64,000 bases of DNA from Ignavibacteriota bacterium (GTDB lineage Bacteria; Bacteroidota; Ignavibacteria; UBA10030; CAVZMI01): positions 96,001 to 160,000 of the forward strand of contig CAVZMI010000018.1 in the NCBI GenBank assembly GCA_963776275.1, read 5' to 3'. Position 1 is the stretch's first letter, and the number at the start of each line of letters is the position of its first letter. This document shows positions 1-8,472 of this stretch, piece by piece. A model generated the notes under the pieces. It worked only from the letters and a program-made list of their open reading frames with translations, had not been told where the DNA came from and did not search any database. The translations under genes and the position numbers were made by a program.

Positions 1-1
1 A

Positions 2-1951
2 AAGTTCTATGTGATCGATGGATACAAGGTTGCCGCCGATACCGGCATGGGTGCACGGGTGAATACGATCATGCAGACATGCTTTTTCGCCATCTCAGGG
101 ATATTGCCGAAGGATGAAGCAATCACAGCAATTAAAAATTCAATCAGGAAGACATATGGAAGGAAGGGAGAGGAGATTGTTCAGCAGAACTTTAATGCCG
201 TCGATCAGACTCTTGCTCATCTCAATGAGGTGGAATATCCCTCGACGGTTACCAGTAAAATAGAAATGCCGCCCACTGTCTCTGCAAAAGCTCCTGAATT
301 CGTCAAGAATGTCTCGGCAAAAATGATAGCCGGGATGGGCGATTCAGTACCTGTAAGCGCATTCCCGGTTGACGGTACATGGCCGGCGGCGACATCGCAA
401 TGGGAGAAACGGAACATCGCTCTCGAGATCCCGGTTTGGGACGAGAGCATTTGCATTCAGTGCGGCAAGTGCGCCATAGTCTGTCCGCACGCAACGATTC
501 GTATCAAAGTGTTCGATCCAAAATATCTTGCTGCCGCACCGCCGACATTTAAATCGATGGATTATAAAGGCAATGAATATAAAGGGATGAAATATACGAT
601 CCAGATTGCGCCGGAAGATTGCACGGGTTGTGCTCTCTGCGTCGATGTTTGTCCGGTGAAGAACAAATCGGAGACCCGTCTCAAATCCATAAACATGAAA
701 CCGCAGCCGCCGATCCGCGAGTCTGAACGTATGAATTACGATTTCTTCCTCGGCCTGCCTGAGGTTGACCGGCGTAATGTGAAGATCGATACGATTAAAG
801 GATCGCAATTCCTGCAGCCGCTGTTCGAATATTCCGGTGCATGTTCAGGGTGCGGTGAAACGCCGTATGTGAAACTGGTCAGTCAACTCTTCGGTGATAG
901 GGCTATCATTGCAAATGCCACAGGCTGCTCGTCGATTTACGGCGGCAACCTCCCGACGAGTCCGTGAACCGTCAACAATGAAGGACGCGGTCCGGCATGG
1001 TCGAATTCTCTCTTCGAAGATAATGCAGAATTCGGATTCGGTTTCCGGATCTCGATCGATAAGCAGAAAGAATTCGCAAAGGAATTGCTGACGCAGCTTG
1101 CTCTATCCATCGGTGATGATCTTGCCACTGCACTGATTAACGCAGATCAATCGGATGAAGTAAAGATCTATGAACAGCGTGAGCGTGTTGTCGCTCTGAA
1201 GAAGAAACTTAATCAAATGAACACGCCGGAAGCAAAAAACCTGATGGCCATAGCCGACGTTCTTGTAAAAAAGAGCGTCTGGATCATCGGCGGCGATGGA
1301 TGGGCGTACGATATTGGATACGGCGGACTCGATCACGTTCTTGCCTCCGGCCGTGATGTGAATGTGCTTGTGCTTGATACTGAAGTGTATTCGAACACGG
1401 GCGGTCAGATGTCGAAATCCACTCCGCGTGCCGCTGTCGCAAAATTTGCTGCCGGCGGTAAACCGCTGCCCAAGAAAGATCTCGGAATGATCGCGATGAG
1501 TTATGGAAACATCTATGTCGCAAAAGTAGCTATGGGATCCAATGATCTGCAGACGGTCAAGGCCTTCCTTGAAGCAGAGGCATATAACGGACCGTCGCTC
1601 ATTATCGCTTACAGTCATTGCATCGCGCATGGAATCAACATGGAAAAGGGAATGGATAATCAGAAGGCCGCAGTAGATTCAGGTCACTGGCCGCTCTTCC
1701 GGTTCAATCCGGCGTTGGCCTTGGAAGGGAAGAATCCGTTGAAGCTCGATTCGAAAGCCCCGAAAATTCCGTTTAAGCAGTACGCATATATGGAAACGCG
1801 ATATAAGATGCTGACAAAGAGCAAACCCGAAGAAGCCAAGCGTTTGATCGAGCTTGCACAGGGAGACACAACATCACGATGGCACTTATATGAACAGATG
1901 GCCAATTTGAAATACGATTTCACTACCAGCACTGAGGAGTCACACGAATAA
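2..1951 (+). CDS. nifJ: Pyruvate:ferredoxin (flavodoxin) oxidoreductase, C-terminal part (5' truncated by window; in-frame TGA at 965-967)
   Basis: ORFs 11..967 and 1085..1951 are in the same frame. Two CxxCxxCxxxCP ferredoxin motifs, [28 protein letters not shown], then through the TGA into [23 protein letters not shown] and the TPP motif [10 protein letters not shown]. Confidence 0.95.
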
Positions 1952-1965
1952 GGAGGGTGGAAATT

Positions 1966-2958
1966 ATGGATCTATCGGCCAGGTATATGGGGATGACATT
2001 AAAAAATCCCCTCGTTCCATCGGCATCACCACTCTCACGGTCTATCGATGGAATTAAAGAGCTTGAAGATGCCGGTGCATCTGCTGTTGTATTGTATTCG
2101 ATTTTTGAAGAACAATTCAGTCATGAAGCACGGGAGCTTGCACATTTTCTTTCACATGGAACTGAAAGCTTTGCGGAAGCGGTGACATATTTTCCCCAGC
2201 CCGATGAATTCAATCTCGGGCCTGAAGAATATCTCGAGCTAATTGCGAAGGCAAAAAAGACGGTTGGAATTCCGATTATCGGCAGTTTGAACGGATACTC
2301 GACCGGCGGATGGATCTCACACGCAAAGAAAATGCAGGAAGCCGGCGCCGATGCGCTTGAATTAAATGTATATTATATCCCAACCGATCCAAATCGTTCA
2401 GGAATTGAAATCGAGGCCATGTACATCGATGTTCTCAGGGCGGTGAAGAAATCGGTGACAATTCCGGTGGCGATGAAAATGAGCCCCTATTTCAGCTCGT
2501 TTGCCAACATGGCAAAACGGCTGGATGAAGCGGGTGCGGATGCGCTCGTGCTCTTTAACCGATTCTATCAGCCCGATATCGATCTCGATAAGCTCGAAGT
2601 CGTTCCCAACGTCACGTTGAGCACATCCAACTCGATTCGTTTGCCTCTTCGATGGATTGCGATTCTCTACGGGTATATAAAAGCAGACCTGGCAGCGACG
2701 AGCGGCATCCACACTGCCGATGATGTTCTGAAAATGCTCATGGCCGGTGCAAGCGTGACGATGCTCTGTTCGTCGCTGTTGAGGATGGGGCCGCGTCACA
2801 TTATGTCGATACTTAATAATCTCAAGCAATGGATGGAGGAGCGGGAATACGAGTCGGTGGCCCAAATGCGCGGCAGTATGAGTCAGAGATCGGTAGCCGA
2901 ACCCGCGGCATTTGAGCGCGCAAATTATATGAAGGCGATCACCCGGTATCGGCGGTAG
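1966..2958 (+). CDS. Dihydroorotate dehydrogenase-like FMN protein (PFOR-associated)
   Basis: [42 protein letters not shown] motifs. AGGAGG RBS at 1951-1956 precedes ATG 1966. Confidence 0.85.
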   Translation: MDLSARYMGMTLKNPLVPSASPLSRSIDGIKELEDAGASAVVLYSIFEEQFSHEARELAHFLSHGTESFAEAVTYFPQPDEFNLGPEEYLELIAKAKKTVGIPIIGSLNGYSTGGWISHAKKMQEAGADALELNVYYIPTDPNRSGIEIEAMYIDVLRAVKKSVTIPVAMKMSPYFSSFANMAKRLDEAGADALVLFNRFYQPDIDLDKLEVVPNVTLSTSNSIRLPLRWIAILYGYIKADLAATSGIHTADDVLKMLMAGASVTMLCSSLLRMGPRHIMSILNNLKQWMEEREYESVAQMRGSMSQRSVAEPAAFERANYMKAITRYRR

Positions 2959-2960
2959 AG

Positions 2961-3143
2961 CAAATCCGAAATTCTAAATACGAAATTCTAAACAAATCCA
3001 AAATCTAAATACCAAATATCAAAACAGGATGGGTGGTTTCTGGATTTGAATTTTTGATTTTGTATTTTTATATTGTTTAGGATTTCTCAGCCGGAGGCTG
3101 ATGCGCCTCTGGCGCAGATATTCGGATTTAGGATTTATGTTTT
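2961..3143. repeat. Inverted array of degenerate heptamers (AAATNYN)n ... (NRNATTT)n with a ~31-bp GC-rich palindrome inserted at 3086-3116
   Basis: Left arm aaatccg aaattct aaatacg aaattct aaac aaatcca...; right arm tggattt gaatttt tgatttt ... aggattt [ctcagccggaggctgatgcgcctctggcgca] gatatt cggattt aggattt. Confidence 0.8.
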
Positions 3144-3154
3144 TGGCTTTTAAT

Positions 3155-3225
3155 GCCGGGATGGTGGAATTGGCAGACACGAAGGACTTAAAATCCTTTC
3201 AGCCCATAAAGGCTGGTGCGGGTTC
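3155..3225 (+). pseudogene. 5' fragment of tRNA-Leu(TAA), truncated in the T-loop
   Basis: GCCGGGATGGTGGAATTGGCAGACACGAAGGACTTAAAATCCTTT is identical to the intact copy at 3331. It has a different variable arm (CAGCCCATAAAGGCTG) and stops after GCGGGTTC. Confidence 0.85.
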
Positions 3226-3330
3226 TCTGCTGCCATGGGGATTGCATTCTCGCAGACCCGCCGTCCCGACAGACGTTCTTTGATGGTTTTCGATGCAGTT
3301 ATTGGCTGTACAAGCAATTTATGCGTGGTC

Positions 3331-3419
3331 GCCGGGATGGTGGAATTGGCAGACACGAAGGACTTAAAATCCTTTGAACCGCATAACGGTTCGTGCGGGT
3401 TCAAGTCCCGCTCTCGGCA
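3331..3419 (+). tRNA. tRNA-Leu (anticodon TAA)
   Basis: Acceptor GCCGGGA/TCTCGGC, D-loop TGGAATTGGCAGAC, anticodon stem AAGGA-CT TAA AA-TCCTT, long variable arm, T-arm GCGGG TTCAAGT CCCGC. CCA not encoded. Confidence 0.95.
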
Positions 3420-3466
3420 CAGATACCCAAAAATTCTTTTTAAAAACCGTCTGTCGGGACAAGCAG

Positions 3467-3489
3467 GCGGGAAGTCCCGCTCTCGGCAC
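3467..3489 (+). repeat. Duplicated 3' end of tRNA-Leu (att-like direct repeat)
   Basis: AAGTCCCGCTCTCGGCAC (3472-3489) is identical to 3403-3420 and is preceded by GCGGG. Confidence 0.85.
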
Positions 3490-3537
3490 GAAATGGCAAG
3501 GAAAAAGCAAGAAGGAAAAAGTAAAAAGTATGATTAG

Positions 3538-3570
3538 AAGCTGCTGGATTTCCAGTGGCTTTTTTATTTT
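3538..3570 (+). terminator. Intrinsic terminator after the tRNA-Leu locus
   Basis: aagctgctgg-attt-ccagtggctt hairpin followed by a T-rich tract. Confidence 0.7.
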
Positions 3571-3584
3571 ATAGAATGGTTCTA

Positions 3585-3830
3585 GGCCGGAGGCCTGCCC
3601 CTGCCTGCGTGCCGGAGGCACTCCGGTAGGCAGGCGCCGAAGTGCCCGCTTCGCCGAGCGAAGCGAGGCGAGAAACGAAGGCGTGGCCTGTCCGCTGCCG
3701 GAGTCCCGATTTCTCGTCCTGAGCCTTCGGCCCGAGCTCAGGCCGAGGGCTTGCTTGCCCTGAGCTTGTCGAAGGGCTTGCCGCGAGCCCCTCGGCATGC
3801 TCGGGGCAGGTTTGTCGAGCGGTCGAAGGA
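3585..3830. repeat. Mosaic of nested REP-like palindromes
   Basis: GC-rich non-coding block with ctgcctgcgtgccggaggcactccggtaggcagg, cccgcttcgccgagcgaagcgaggcg, ccttcggcccgagctcaggccgaggg, ccctgagcttgtcgaaggg and ccctcggcatgctcggggcagg. Confidence 0.75.
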
Positions 3831-3916
3831 TGTAGGGATGTAGGCGTGATTCCCTCGTAACATTAGTGAGCATCAATATCTTACAACAAAGACCTCTTTT
3901 TTAGCTTTATTTCGCC

Positions 3917-3945
3917 TTGACTTTCCCCACCTTTTCACGTATATT
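3917..3945 (+). promoter_or_regulatory. Sigma70-type promoter upstream of tRNA-Val/thrS
   Basis: TTGACT-17 bp-TATATT. Confidence 0.6.
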
Positions 3946-3965
3946 TTTAGGGCTATAGTTTCAAG

Positions 3966-4015
3966 AGCACCAGCGTCTGTTGGTAGTTACTCGAGACGAG
4001 CAGGTGCTTTTTTTT
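3966..4015 (+). terminator. Terminator-like hairpin between the promoter and tRNA-Val
   Basis: agcacc...cgtct / agacg...ggtgct followed by a T run. Confidence 0.5.
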
Positions 4016-4040
4016 GTCCCTACGGGTCGTAGACTCTAAT

Positions 4041-4114
4041 GGGCTCTTGGCGCAGTTGGTTAGCGCGCTTCCTTGACATGGAAGAGGTCATAGGTTCGAA
4101 TCCTATAGGGCCCA
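4041..4114 (+). tRNA. tRNA-Val (anticodon GAC)
   Basis: GGGCTCT/AGGGCCC acceptor, CTTCC-TT GAC AT-GGAAG anticodon arm, ATAGG TTCGAAT CCTAT T-arm. Confidence 0.95.
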
Positions 4115-4133
4115 CGCAGTTGGGATCAACCGT

Positions 4134-4159
4134 ATCGGAGAAGTCTCCGGTTTTTTTTT
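4134..4159 (+). terminator. Intrinsic terminator after tRNA-Val
   Basis: atcggag-aagt-ctccggt followed by a T run. Confidence 0.6.
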
Positions 4160-4169
4160 ATCTGCCCAA

Positions 4170-6117
4170 ATGACAATGAGTACAATTTCAATTACATTCC
4201 CTGATGGGGATACCCGGCGATACGAACAGGGGATTACCGGGTTATATATAGCAGCGGAAATCAGCAAGGGACTTGCCCAGCAAGCTCTCGCGATTCTGGT
4301 TAATGGAGAGACGTGGGACCTCACTCGTCCGATCACGACCGATGCGGAAGTCAGAATAGTAAAGTGGGGCGACGAAGAGGGGAAACGCACCTACTGGCAC
4401 AGCTCTGCACATTTAATGGCAGAGGCAGTCGAGATTCTATTCCCCGGAACAAAATTCGGTATCGGAACCGGCAATTGAAAACGGCTTCTATTATGACATC
4501 GACATGAACGAGCATTCTCTGACGCAGGAGGATCTCGCCAAAATAGAAGCAACGATGTTCGAGCTCGCAAAGAAAGATTCTTCATACGTCAGAGAAGAGA
4601 GATCGTGGGAGGATGCAGTCAGGGTATTTACCGAGAAGGGTGATCCATATAAACTCGAACTTCTCGAAGGTCTGAAAGGACAAACGATTACGCTGTATCA
4701 CAGCGGATCCTTCACCGATTTATGTTATGGTCCGCATCTACCGTCGACAGGGAAGATCAAAGCGATCAAGTTATTGAGTGTTGCCGGTGCTTACTGGCGC
4801 GGGAGCGAAAAGAACAAGATGCTGCAGCGTATCTATGGAATTACGTTTCCGGCACAGAAAGAACTCGATCAATATCTTGAAAGACTGGAGGAAGCAAAAC
4901 GCCGGGATCACCGGAAGCTGGGTGCAGAGCTCGATCTTTTCCATATAACGCCAAAAGTCGGCGGAGGTTTGCCCCTCTGGATGCCGAAAGGGACAATCAT
5001 CCGTGAGACTCTGGAAAACTTTTTACGGGAAGAACAGCGGAAACGCGGATATCTGGCAGTCGTAACGCCGCATATCGGCAATATCAATCTTTATAAGACA
5101 AGCGGGCATTATCCATATTACAAAGACAGTCAGTTCACGCCCATCAAAGTCGAAGATGAAGAGTATCTCCTCAGGCCGATGAATTGTCCGCATCACTTCC
5201 AGATTTATGCTGCACGGCCTCGGAGTTATCGCGATCTACCGATTCGGCTGTGTGAATTCGGAACGGTCTACAGATATGAACAATCCGGCGAGCTGAACGG
5301 GTTGACCCGTGTTCGCTGTTTTACGGTCGATGATTCACATATGTTTGTTCGTCAGGATCAATTGAAGAAAGAAGTCTGCGACGTCATCGAGCTCATCCAA
5401 CTGGTATTTCGAACCCTGGGATTCAGCGATTTTAAGACACGGTTGTCGTTCTGTGATCCGAAGAATAAAGAGAAATACGGCGGAGAGGATTCGCTCTGGG
5501 AGCAGGCGCAAAAGGATATCAAAGAAGCCGCCGACGAGATGAAATTGGATTATAAGATTGCAATAGGCGAAGCTGCGTTCTACGGTCCGAAGATTGATTT
5601 CATGGTTCAGGATGTCCTCGGTCGTACGTGGCAGCTTGGAACTGTACAGGTTGATTATGTAATGCCGGAACGATTTGAGCTTGAGTATGTCGGAAGCGAC
5701 GGACAAAAACACCGTCCTGTTGTGATACATCGCGCACCATTCGGATCGCTCGAGAGGTTTATCGGCGTGCTCATCGAACATTTTGCGGGATATTTCCCAT
5801 TATGGCTCTCGCCCGTACAGGCTGTTGTCCTGCCGATAAGTGATGCATTTATGGGATATGCCGACGAAGTATTCGGGAAGCTCAAATCTGCCGGAATCCG
5901 TGCAGAGGTCGATTACCGCAACGAAAAGATCGGTTATAAAATCCGTGATTGGGAGACGAAGAAGGTTCCCTATATGCTGATTGTAGGGGAAAAAGAAAAA
6001 GAACGAGGCAGTGTATCGGTTCGTATCCATAAAAAAGGTGACATTGGGGCGATGGATACCGGTGAGATCATAGCAAAAATAAAAGATGAAATAGATCGGA
6101 AAATACTCACAACGTAG
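4170..6117 (+). CDS. thrS: Threonyl-tRNA synthetase (apparent +1 frameshift at ~4467)
   Basis: TGS domain and WHSSAHLMA in 4170..4478. Removing one A gives GIGPAIENGFYYDID, joining 4504..6117 (RDHRKLG, RPMNCPHH, GEAAFYGPKID, HRAPFGSLERF). Confidence 0.95.
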
Positions 6118-6128
6118 GAGGCAGAACT

Positions 6129-6710
6129 ATTACTAAAGAAGACAAGCGTATACGCATCAACGAAGAAATTCGTGCGGTGAAAGTCCGCGTAATAGATGAC
6201 GAAGAAGGTCAGCTTGGGATCATGTCGCCGCGCGAAGCGTTACAGCTTGCCCGAGAGCGAGGGAGAGACTTGATCGAGATAGTTCCGAATGCCAATCCGC
6301 CTGTATGTAAAATCATGGATTTTGGCAAATTCAAGTACGAATTGAGTAAGAAGGAGAAGCTTCAGCGGAAGCACCAGCATATTGCATTGGTTAAAGAACT
6401 TCGCTTTCATCCAAATACTGATATTCATGACTTTAATTTCAAAACAAGACACGCCCGCCAGTTCCTGGAGGATGGGAATAAGGTAAAGGCGGTTGTGGTA
6501 TTCAAAGGTCGTGAGATTACATATAAAGAGCAGGGCGAGGATGTACTTCAGCGATTGACCGTTAATCTTGCTGATGTGGCGAAAGTCGATCAGGAGCTGC
6601 GGCTCGAAGGACGTCACATGATTATGATCTTTGCACCGGATAAGTCGAAGAAAAAGCAGGACTCTGGTAAACAAGCGGATGCAAAAAAAGGGAATGAGAA
6701 CAAGGAGTAA
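6129..6710 (+). CDS. infC: Translation initiation factor IF-3 (ATT start)
   Basis: AGGAGG RBS, then in-frame ATT ACT AAA...RINEEIR; [33 protein letters not shown]. Confidence 0.93.
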   Translation: MTKEDKRIRINEEIRAVKVRVIDDEEGQLGIMSPREALQLARERGRDLIEIVPNANPPVCKIMDFGKFKYELSKKEKLQRKHQHIALVKELRFHPNTDIHDFNFKTRHARQFLEDGNKVKAVVVFKGREITYKEQGEDVLQRLTVNLADVAKVDQELRLEGRHMIMIFAPDKSKKKQDSGKQADAKKGNENKE

Positions 6711-6712
6711 AT

Positions 6713-6907
6713 ATGCCGAAAATGAAAAGCAATAGCGGAGCGGCAAAGCGTTTTAAAAAAACAGCATCAGGGAAATTGAAACGGCATAAAGCGTTCCGCA
6801 GCCATATATTGACATCGAAATCCAGGAAACGGAAGCGTGCACTGAGAAAACCCACGTACGCATCGAAACAGGAGACAAAAGCTATAAGGACGTTGATTCA
6901 GGTTTAA
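6713..6907 (+). CDS. rpmI: 50S ribosomal protein L35
   Basis: [21 protein letters not shown]; position after infC. Confidence 0.97.
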   Translation: MPKMKSNSGAAKRFKKTASGKLKRHKAFRSHILTSKSRKRKRALRKPTYASKQETKAIRTLIQV

Positions 6908-6996
6908 AAAAGCATAATTCACCGCACCGAAAAGTATTACTTCAAGGCACAACGAAGTGGTACTATCTAATCATCTAACAGGAGACAAGAGCAACT

Positions 6997-7344
6997 ATGC
7001 CACGTTCGCAAAACAAAGTTGCCTCCCACCGCCGTCGCAAGCGCATTATTGCGCAGGCGAAAGGCTACTGGGGACGCAGGAGTAAGGTACTGACGGTCGT
7101 TAAGCATTCCGTCGACAAGGGAATGCAGTATGCGTATCGCGACCGTCGTGCAAAGAAACGCAGCTATCGACAGTTGTGGATTGCACGAATTAATGCGGCA
7201 GCCCGGATGCAGGGGACGACCTACTCGAAGCTTATCGCCGCTTTGAATTCAAAAAATATTGATATTAACAGGAAAATTCTTGCCGATCTTGCAGTGAACG
7301 ACGCACGGACGTTTGCTGAAGTCGTGAAGTTTGCCCTGGCCTAA
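6997..7344 (+). CDS. rplT: 50S ribosomal protein L20
   Basis: [37 protein letters not shown]. Confidence 0.97.
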   Translation: MPRSQNKVASHRRRKRIIAQAKGYWGRRSKVLTVVKHSVDKGMQYAYRDRRAKKRSYRQLWIARINAAARMQGTTYSKLIAALNSKNIDINRKILADLAVNDARTFAEVVKFALA

Positions 7345-7351
7345 TCTTCTA

Positions 7352-7390
7352 TCCCGTCCTGTCCGATTCAGGACAGGCCGGGAGGTTTTT
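7352..7390 (+). terminator. REP-like palindrome / terminator after rplT
   Basis: tcccgtcctgtcc-gattca-ggacaggccggga followed by a T tract; resembles the palindrome at ~3447-3471. Confidence 0.6.
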
Positions 7391-7456
7391 CTTTTCGAGT
7401 GAGGAATCAATCGAAAAGAAGAGCAAGAAGATTTTTTTATTAATCGAATCTTCCTC

Positions 7457-8467
7457 ATGAAAGAAAAAATAGAAAAAATTCGTACGCAGGCACTTGCAGA
7501 AATCGGAGCGGCTCGTTCGGCAGACGATCTTGATCGATTCCGTCTTACATATTTGGTACGGAAAGGGAAGATTGCAGAGCTGTTCGATCAGTTACGCACA
7601 GTGCCACCTGCAGAAAAACCGGCTGTGGGTAAAATGCTCAATGAATTGCGAAACGCAATCCAGGCTGCATTTGATGCGAAGCAGCAGGCCGTTGAATCGA
7701 ATGCGGGGACGAAGAAGGGATTCATCGACCTGACGATCCCGGGCCGTTTGCGGCCGGTCGGGACGAAACATCCGATAACCCAGACGCTCGATGAAATGAA
7801 GCGCATCTTCCTGAATCTTGGGTTTAGCATAGTCGATGGACCGGAAGTGGAAGATGATTATCATAATTTTGGGGCGCTCAATTTTGCGCCGGATCATCCG
7901 GCGCGCGATATGCAGGACACATTTTTCATCAGTGAGCAGGTTCTTCTGCGGACACATACCTCACCTGTCCAAATACGGGTGATGGAAAATCAGAAACCGC
8001 CGGTTCGCGTTGTTATGCCGGGACGATGTTATCGGAACGAGGCAATCAACACGCGAAGCTATTGCATGTTCCATCAAATCGAAGGTCTCTATGTCGACAG
8101 ACATGTAACATTTGGTGAACTCAAGGGAACACTTTTTGCATTTGCACGGCAGTTCTATGGACACGACATCAAGTATCGGTTCCGGCCAAGCTTTTTCCCT
8201 TTCACAGAGCCGAGTGCGGAAATGGATATCACCTGCTTCCTCTGTCACGGCAAGGGATGCCGTGTTTGTAAATATTCCGGATGGCTTGAGATACTCGGCT
8301 GCGGTATGGTCGATCCGAATGTATTCAAGGCTGTCGGATACGATCCGGATGAATTGACAGGCTATGCATTCGGTATGGGAATCGAGCGTGTTGCACTGCT
8401 GCGACATGGTATCAATGACATCCGTCTACTTTTTGAAAACGATATTCGTTTCTTGAATCAGTTCTGA
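7457..8467 (+). CDS. pheS: Phenylalanyl-tRNA synthetase alpha subunit
   Basis: HPARDMQDTF, LLRTHTSPVQ, FRPSFFPFTEPS, GYAFGMGIER. Confidence 0.97.
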   Translation: MKEKIEKIRTQALAEIGAARSADDLDRFRLTYLVRKGKIAELFDQLRTVPPAEKPAVGKMLNELRNAIQAAFDAKQQAVESNAGTKKGFIDLTIPGRLRPVGTKHPITQTLDEMKRIFLNLGFSIVDGPEVEDDYHNFGALNFAPDHPARDMQDTFFISEQVLLRTHTSPVQIRVMENQKPPVRVVMPGRCYRNEAINTRSYCMFHQIEGLYVDRHVTFGELKGTLFAFARQFYGHDIKYRFRPSFFPFTEPSAEMDITCFLCHGKGCRVCKYSGWLEILGCGMVDPNVFKAVGYDPDELTGYAFGMGIERVALLRHGINDIRLLFENDIRFLNQF

Positions 8468-8472
8468 CGTAT

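Noticed and set aside
965-967. Genome-wide TGA reassignment or selenocysteine in PFOR
   Set aside because: TGA is used as a normal stop at expected gene ends (pheS, rny, purF, ftsY), and the position corresponds to Trp/Tyr, not Cys.
2961-3830. CRISPR array
   Set aside because: No constant-length identical repeats with unique spacers and no cas genes. The repeats are heptamer arms, tRNA fragments and palindromes.
3101-3876. Short ORFs over the tRNA/REP region (e.g. 3364..3876 minus, 3235..3537 plus)
   Set aside because: They overlap tRNA sequence and GC-rich palindromes and have no protein-like features.
4460-4480. Programmed ribosomal frameshift in thrS (or mutL, recG, carB)
   Set aside because: No slippery heptamer or stimulatory structure was seen, and similar breaks are scattered over many unrelated genes, which fits sequence error.
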